Below are positions 26,335-29,825 of a DNA stretch of 29,825 bases, piece after piece. Numbering within the stretch: position 1 is the stretch's first letter; every line of letters starts with the position of its first letter. Under the pieces are notes generated by a model, which ran no database searches, was not told the origin of the DNA, and was given only the letters and a program-made list of their open reading frames with translations. Source of the DNA: an uncultured Candidatus Saccharibacteria bacterium (lineage in GTDB: Bacteria > Patescibacteriota > Saccharimonadia > CAILAD01 > GCA-016700035); assembly GCA_964504625.1 (NCBI GenBank), contig CAZDEK010000001.1, forward strand, positions 1 to 29,825, read 5' to 3'. A program made the translations under genes and the position numbers.

Positions 26335-27401
26335 TGGCTACCCCTGATCGGCGACAGGAGATCACAGTAGGGATTTCAAGTCGCACGATTTTGATGCTGC
26401 TGGGGATTGCCGCTCTTGTATGGGTAGTGATTCAGATCGCCGACTTCCTTATTTTGTTATTTGCGAGTGCAGTAGTGGCGGCGGCTGTTGCTCCGTTTGT
26501 ACGGGCTATGGAGCATCGAGGGCTACCAAGGTGGCTTGCAGTTCTGATTATTTATGTTGGACTCTTTGTCTTCATCGCTCTCGCGCTTGTACTGCTTGTA
26601 CCTACGATCTCTAATCAAGTTGCGCAGCTAGTAGATGCTTGGCCGAAGATTAGTCAGGCCCTGCAAGAGTTAATCGGGCGTAACTCAGTCTTTAAGAGCG
26701 CATATCAATCGCTGAGCGCTGCAACAGGTCAGTCCACCTCGGCGCTGTTTGGTAATGTAGTAAATATTACTACAGGGTTAATTAATGGTGTGGTGACGTT
26801 CGTAGTTTTTCTGGTACTGACTTTTTATTTTCTAGTACACGGTCGGCGAGTGGCGCACTTTATAGTGAATCTTATCCCTGAAAAGCGTCGTCGAGAGCGC
26901 TACGGTATGCTGATGGCGAACATATCTTCTCGTATGGGTTACTGGTTCCGTGGCCAACTGCTTATATCGCTCAGCACCTTTCTGGTGCTATGGATAGCCT
27001 TCTCATTGCTCGGGGTACCATACGCTCTGACGCTAGCGTTGATTGGGGGCCTTGCAGAGTTTATTCCTCTCTTTGGATCCTGGATTGGGGCGACTCCAGC
27101 AGTATTGGTAGCTCTTGGTCAGTCGCCCATGCTAGCACTATTCGTTGGGCTGACCTATTTTATCTGGCAGAATCTTCAGGGCTATATTATTAGTCCACAG
27201 ATAATGAAACAGATGCTTGGGGTGCCATCGATTATGGTGCTAGTTCTCGTCTTGGTGCTTGCAAAACTTATTGGCTTTGTTGGGGTGTTTTTGGCTGCCC
27301 CTATTGCTGCAGCCCTGGGCGTATTAGCCCAGGAATATTCGGGTAGTGTTGAGCGTCGTGTACGTCAAGGTTTAGCACGAGCTGGGCAAGCCAAGACTTG
27401 A
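26334..27401 (+). CDS. AI-2E (PerM/TqsA) family transporter
   Basis: TM pattern with 'GYWFRGQL', 'EFIPLFG', 'QGYIISPQIM', 'GFVGVFLAAP'. Confidence 0.92.
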   Translation: MATPDRRQEITVGISSRTILMLLGIAALVWVVIQIADFLILLFASAVVAAAVAPFVRAMEHRGLPRWLAVLIIYVGLFVFIALALVLLVPTISNQVAQLVDAWPKISQALQELIGRNSVFKSAYQSLSAATGQSTSALFGNVVNITTGLINGVVTFVVFLVLTFYFLVHGRRVAHFIVNLIPEKRRRERYGMLMANISSRMGYWFRGQLLISLSTFLVLWIAFSLLGVPYALTLALIGGLAEFIPLFGSWIGATPAVLVALGQSPMLALFVGLTYFIWQNLQGYIISPQIMKQMLGVPSIMVLVLVLVLAKLIGFVGVFLAAPIAAALGVLAQEYSGSVERRVRQGLARAGQAKT

Positions 27402-27424
27402 TCTGGTATACTCACTAGCAACGT

Positions 27425-27964
27425 ATGGAAATTAGTTTGTTACAACCGCATATATTACGAGTTCACGGTAAAGGTGTTACCCTTGGGCTAGGTGATGGTA
27501 ATCCGAAGCTTGATGTATTTTTTAGTACGAAGCTTGGTGCCGAAATCAGTCACGCGCAGCGAGGCTTTAGTCGCCCGGGTGAATATGAAGTTCAGGGCGT
27601 CATGGTGGACGGCGTCCAGTCAGGTGAAAACGCTGTATCGTATCACGTCACGGCGGAAGGTAATATGCTGGCAGCTGTTTCAGTGAAATCTCCTGCTGAT
27701 CTGACTGATGCTATGCTGGAAGTACTACAGCCCGCTCAAATGCTGGCGCTTTGGGTGGCTGAAGGCAGCGCTGCTGATATCGCCCAGCTAGTGGCTCGCT
27801 GTGATGTACAGAAGATTATTCCAGTTGATATCCCTGTTGAGATGGATGAACTGGCAAAGGTCTTGCAGCTGACACCGGAAAAAAGCGATAAGCTTAAGGT
27901 GACGAACAAAGAACTTGCCGAAGGCGCTCAGGTTCTGTATCAGCTTCTGATGCACGCTGAATAA
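27425..27964 (+). CDS. Degenerate metallo-beta-lactamase-fold protein
   Basis: 'RPGEYEVQGV' signature and 'KIIPV', but no HxHxDH metal motif. Confidence 0.65.
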   Translation: MEISLLQPHILRVHGKGVTLGLGDGNPKLDVFFSTKLGAEISHAQRGFSRPGEYEVQGVMVDGVQSGENAVSYHVTAEGNMLAAVSVKSPADLTDAMLEVLQPAQMLALWVAEGSAADIAQLVARCDVQKIIPVDIPVEMDELAKVLQLTPEKSDKLKVTNKELAEGAQVLYQLLMHAE

Positions 27965-27974
27965 CTAATAACAA

Positions 27975-28008
27975 ATCTAAAAACCCCGTAGCTGCGGGGT
28001 TTTTAGAT
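27975..28008. terminator. Bidirectional intrinsic terminator
   Basis: ATCTAAAAACCCCGTA-gc-TGCGGGGTTTTTAGAT between convergent genes. Confidence 0.92.
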
Positions 28009-28028
28009 AGATAGTGAGCGATCAGAGG

Positions 28029-28262
28029 CTACTTGGCTGACTCTTCTGATTGACCGGTTTCAGCTTTCGCCAAATCACGCTCGTATTTTTTCAGCGTTCG
28101 AATGGTTGAAGCGGCGAGCTTAACGCGCACTTTCTGCCCGTCTAATACCAAGGTTTTGGTTTGGAGATTGGGCTTCCATACCTTTGGTGTAGCACGCATC
28201 GAGTGGCTCACGTTGTGGCCGAACTGCTTACCTTTACCTGTAATGTCGCATTTGTATGCCAT
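28029..28262 (-). CDS. rpmB: 50S ribosomal protein L28
   Basis: 'CDITGK...GHNVSHS..T...WKPNLQ...IRTL'. Confidence 0.97.
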   Translation of the reverse strand: MAYKCDITGKGKQFGHNVSHSMRATPKVWKPNLQTKTLVLDGQKVRVKLAASTIRTLKKYERDLAKAETGQSEESAK

Positions 28263-28335
28263 AATTGATAGAACTTAACCTGAAAATACTACCAGATATT
28301 GGCTCCATTGACAAGCCTTACGGTATACTGAAGGA

Positions 28336-28974
28336 ATGGATTTTCTCTTGATCATTCGCTTGATCTTTATTTATGTTGTGGCCATTACTATCCATGAATA
28401 CTCTCATGCTTTGGTTGGGCATAAACTCGGTGACCCAACAGCTCAGCGCGAGGGCCGACTAACATTGAATCCAGCTGCCCATATTGATCCGGTGACGACG
28501 CTGGCTCTTCCAATCCTTCTGATTCTGGCAGGTAGCCCAGTAATCTTTGGTGCGGCCCGACCAGTACCATTTAATCCATATCTGGTGCGCTATGCCGAAA
28601 AGGGAGCTGCCCTGATAGCCTTAGCTGGCCCCATGAGTAACTTTGTATTGGCGGCGATGACCGCGCTCATTGTACGACTCGTTCCAAGCTTGGCGCTAGC
28701 CGGTGGATCTCTTCTGATATTATTGATCCAAGTGAATGTTGCCCTGGGGCTCTTCAATCTCATTCCTATACCGCCACTTGATGGGTCGCGGGTGGTGTAC
28801 GCCTTTGTCCCTAGCAGCATCAGGGAAGCGATGGAGCGATTTGAGCGACTTGGCCCAATTGCAATATTAGTAATCTTCCTGGTGGCGTTTCCGTTTATTG
28901 CTCCTTATCTTGGAGGTGTGACGCGTGCTATTACCGGCTTTCTTCTCGGTGTGCCGGGTGGCGTGCTACAATAA
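28336..28974 (+). CDS. Site-2 protease (M50 family)
   Basis: HEYSH, 'GRLTLNP', 'ALAGP', 'FNLIPIPPLDG'. Confidence 0.95.
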   Translation: MDFLLIIRLIFIYVVAITIHEYSHALVGHKLGDPTAQREGRLTLNPAAHIDPVTTLALPILLILAGSPVIFGAARPVPFNPYLVRYAEKGAALIALAGPMSNFVLAAMTALIVRLVPSLALAGGSLLILLIQVNVALGLFNLIPIPPLDGSRVVYAFVPSSIREAMERFERLGPIAILVIFLVAFPFIAPYLGGVTRAITGFLLGVPGGVLQ

Positions 28975-28978
28975 CAGC

Positions 28979-29140
28979 ATCTTCCGCGGGCGCACGACAG
29001 AACTTGATATCTTTTCTGCTTACACATATGAATGGGAGCCCTAGATCGCTGCTTTGTGCCAATTGGCAGGAGTGGGCTGCGGGCACCCACCTGGTTACTT
29101 TGCCAGGGAAGATATGACGTTCGCCGGCGCCCGGGGAGGG
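28979..29140 (+). ncRNA. ssrS: 6S RNA
   Basis: Long irregular hairpin with a central bubble; TGGGAGCCC (29033-29041) and GGGCACCCACCTG (29081-29093) match motifs I recall from Bacillus 6S-1 RNA; TGcTACAAT -10 at 28964-28972. Confidence 0.85.
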
Positions 29141-29147
29141 AATTAAC

Positions 29148-29699
29148 TTATTTGGCCAGGTTGAAACGTCGTTTCCAGATTGCAGCCTGTGAGATCGTAT
29201 CAGCTCTCAGTATATCGATATGCTTTTCCACGCCTAGATGATGGGCGATTTTTTTTACACTCACACTCAGGTCATATGGATGAATCCAGAGTGCCGAACT
29301 ATAGCGACGAAAGCCAAGACGCTTGAGCTCGATAAGAAACTGATTTCGGGCGACCTTTTGTCCTTCTGGTATCTGATATGTAACAAAGTACCAACGCCCA
29401 GTCCAGCGCTCATTCGTGATGAGAGCTTTGCGCATGGCTGCCTTAGCAAGGCTATGGCGACCTTTACTGGTGATCTTGTAGAGCTTTTGTCCGTCGATCA
29501 TCCCTTGAGATAGCGAGCCTTGTCGCACGAGAACTGCAAGCGTGTCCTTGATGCGGGCTGCGGGCGCACGTTTCGTATGCCAACTGAATAGTTCTAGGAG
29601 CACTTGGTCATGCACTAGTTGATCTAAGGAGGTAACATCTCGCTTGGCAATGCGATCAAGGAGGGTCTGCGACTTAGATATTTTTTGCTGAATTTTCAT
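29148..29699 (-). CDS. PaaX-like protein (wHTH plus Cas2-like ferredoxin domain)
   Basis: 'YKITSKG' wing, 'WTGRWYFVTYQIPE..K..R..F...LKRLGF....S..WI.PY'. Confidence 0.8.
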   Translation of the reverse strand: MKIQQKISKSQTLLDRIAKRDVTSLDQLVHDQVLLELFSWHTKRAPAARIKDTLAVLVRQGSLSQGMIDGQKLYKITSKGRHSLAKAAMRKALITNERWTGRWYFVTYQIPEGQKVARNQFLIELKRLGFRRYSSALWIHPYDLSVSVKKIAHHLGVEKHIDILRADTISQAAIWKRRFNLAK

Positions 29700-29772
29700 G
29701 CTTAAGCATAAGTATTGTGTAAATGATCAGCTATGTCAAATCAGCAATGAGGTCTGCTACAATCGGAGTGAT

Positions 29773-29825
29773 CGGGGTGTGGCGCAGTTGGCTAGCGCGT
29801 ACGGCTGGGGGCCGTGAGGTCGCAG
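29773..29825 (+). tRNA. tRNA-Pro(GGG), truncated by the window end
   Basis: CGGGGTG 5' acceptor strand, D-arm GCGC-AGTTGGCTA-GCGC, anticodon arm TACGG-CT GGG GG-CCGTG; TACAAT -10 upstream. Confidence 0.92.

Noticed and set aside
28905..29241. Short ORFs 28905-29090 (minus) and 29032-29241 (plus)
   Set aside because: They overlap real genes and the 6S RNA structure; no start signals
29148..29699. cas2 / CRISPR locus
   Set aside because: No repeat-spacer array or other cas genes in the window; the fold is shared with PaaX-like proteins

Overview
A chromosomal, mostly housekeeping window from a reduced-genome bacterium. Gene content points to Patescibacteria/CPR (inference from the type IV minor-pilin cluster, wHTH-nucleotidyltransferase and PaaX/Cas2-like proteins, GT2+WecA/TagO cluster and murT/gatD). 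It holds about 29 CDS: four pilin-like genes, a XerC/D recombinase, an O-antigen-ligase/TPR protein, dedA, an M16 peptidase, ndk, a PrsA-like foldase, a TrmB-type regulator, rplY, nrdR, thrS, miaA, murT-gatD, rpmB, a site-2 protease and several unknowns. There are six tRNA genes (Arg-CCT, Asp-GTC, Gly-CCC, Thr-CGT, Val-GAC, partial Pro-GGG). The main signals missed by the ORF track are: (1) a GC-rich divergent DNA-damage module (Y-family polymerase with clamp and RecA-NT-like motifs, an 85-aa partner and SRAP) controlled by a GAAC-N7-GAAC direct-repeat box; (2) a compact T-box riboswitch ahead of thrS with an apparently truncated Stem I; (3) a 6S RNA between the site-2 protease and the PaaX-like gene; (4) pervasive leaderless promoters, with a -10 hexamer 5-7 nt before the ATG in at least nine genes; (5) an orphan protein ending in a beta-clamp-type motif; (6) an NrdR box and DnaA boxes in front of a degenerate nrdR. 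No CRISPR array, transposase or prophage was seen. All family calls come from motif recognition by eye, not database searches.
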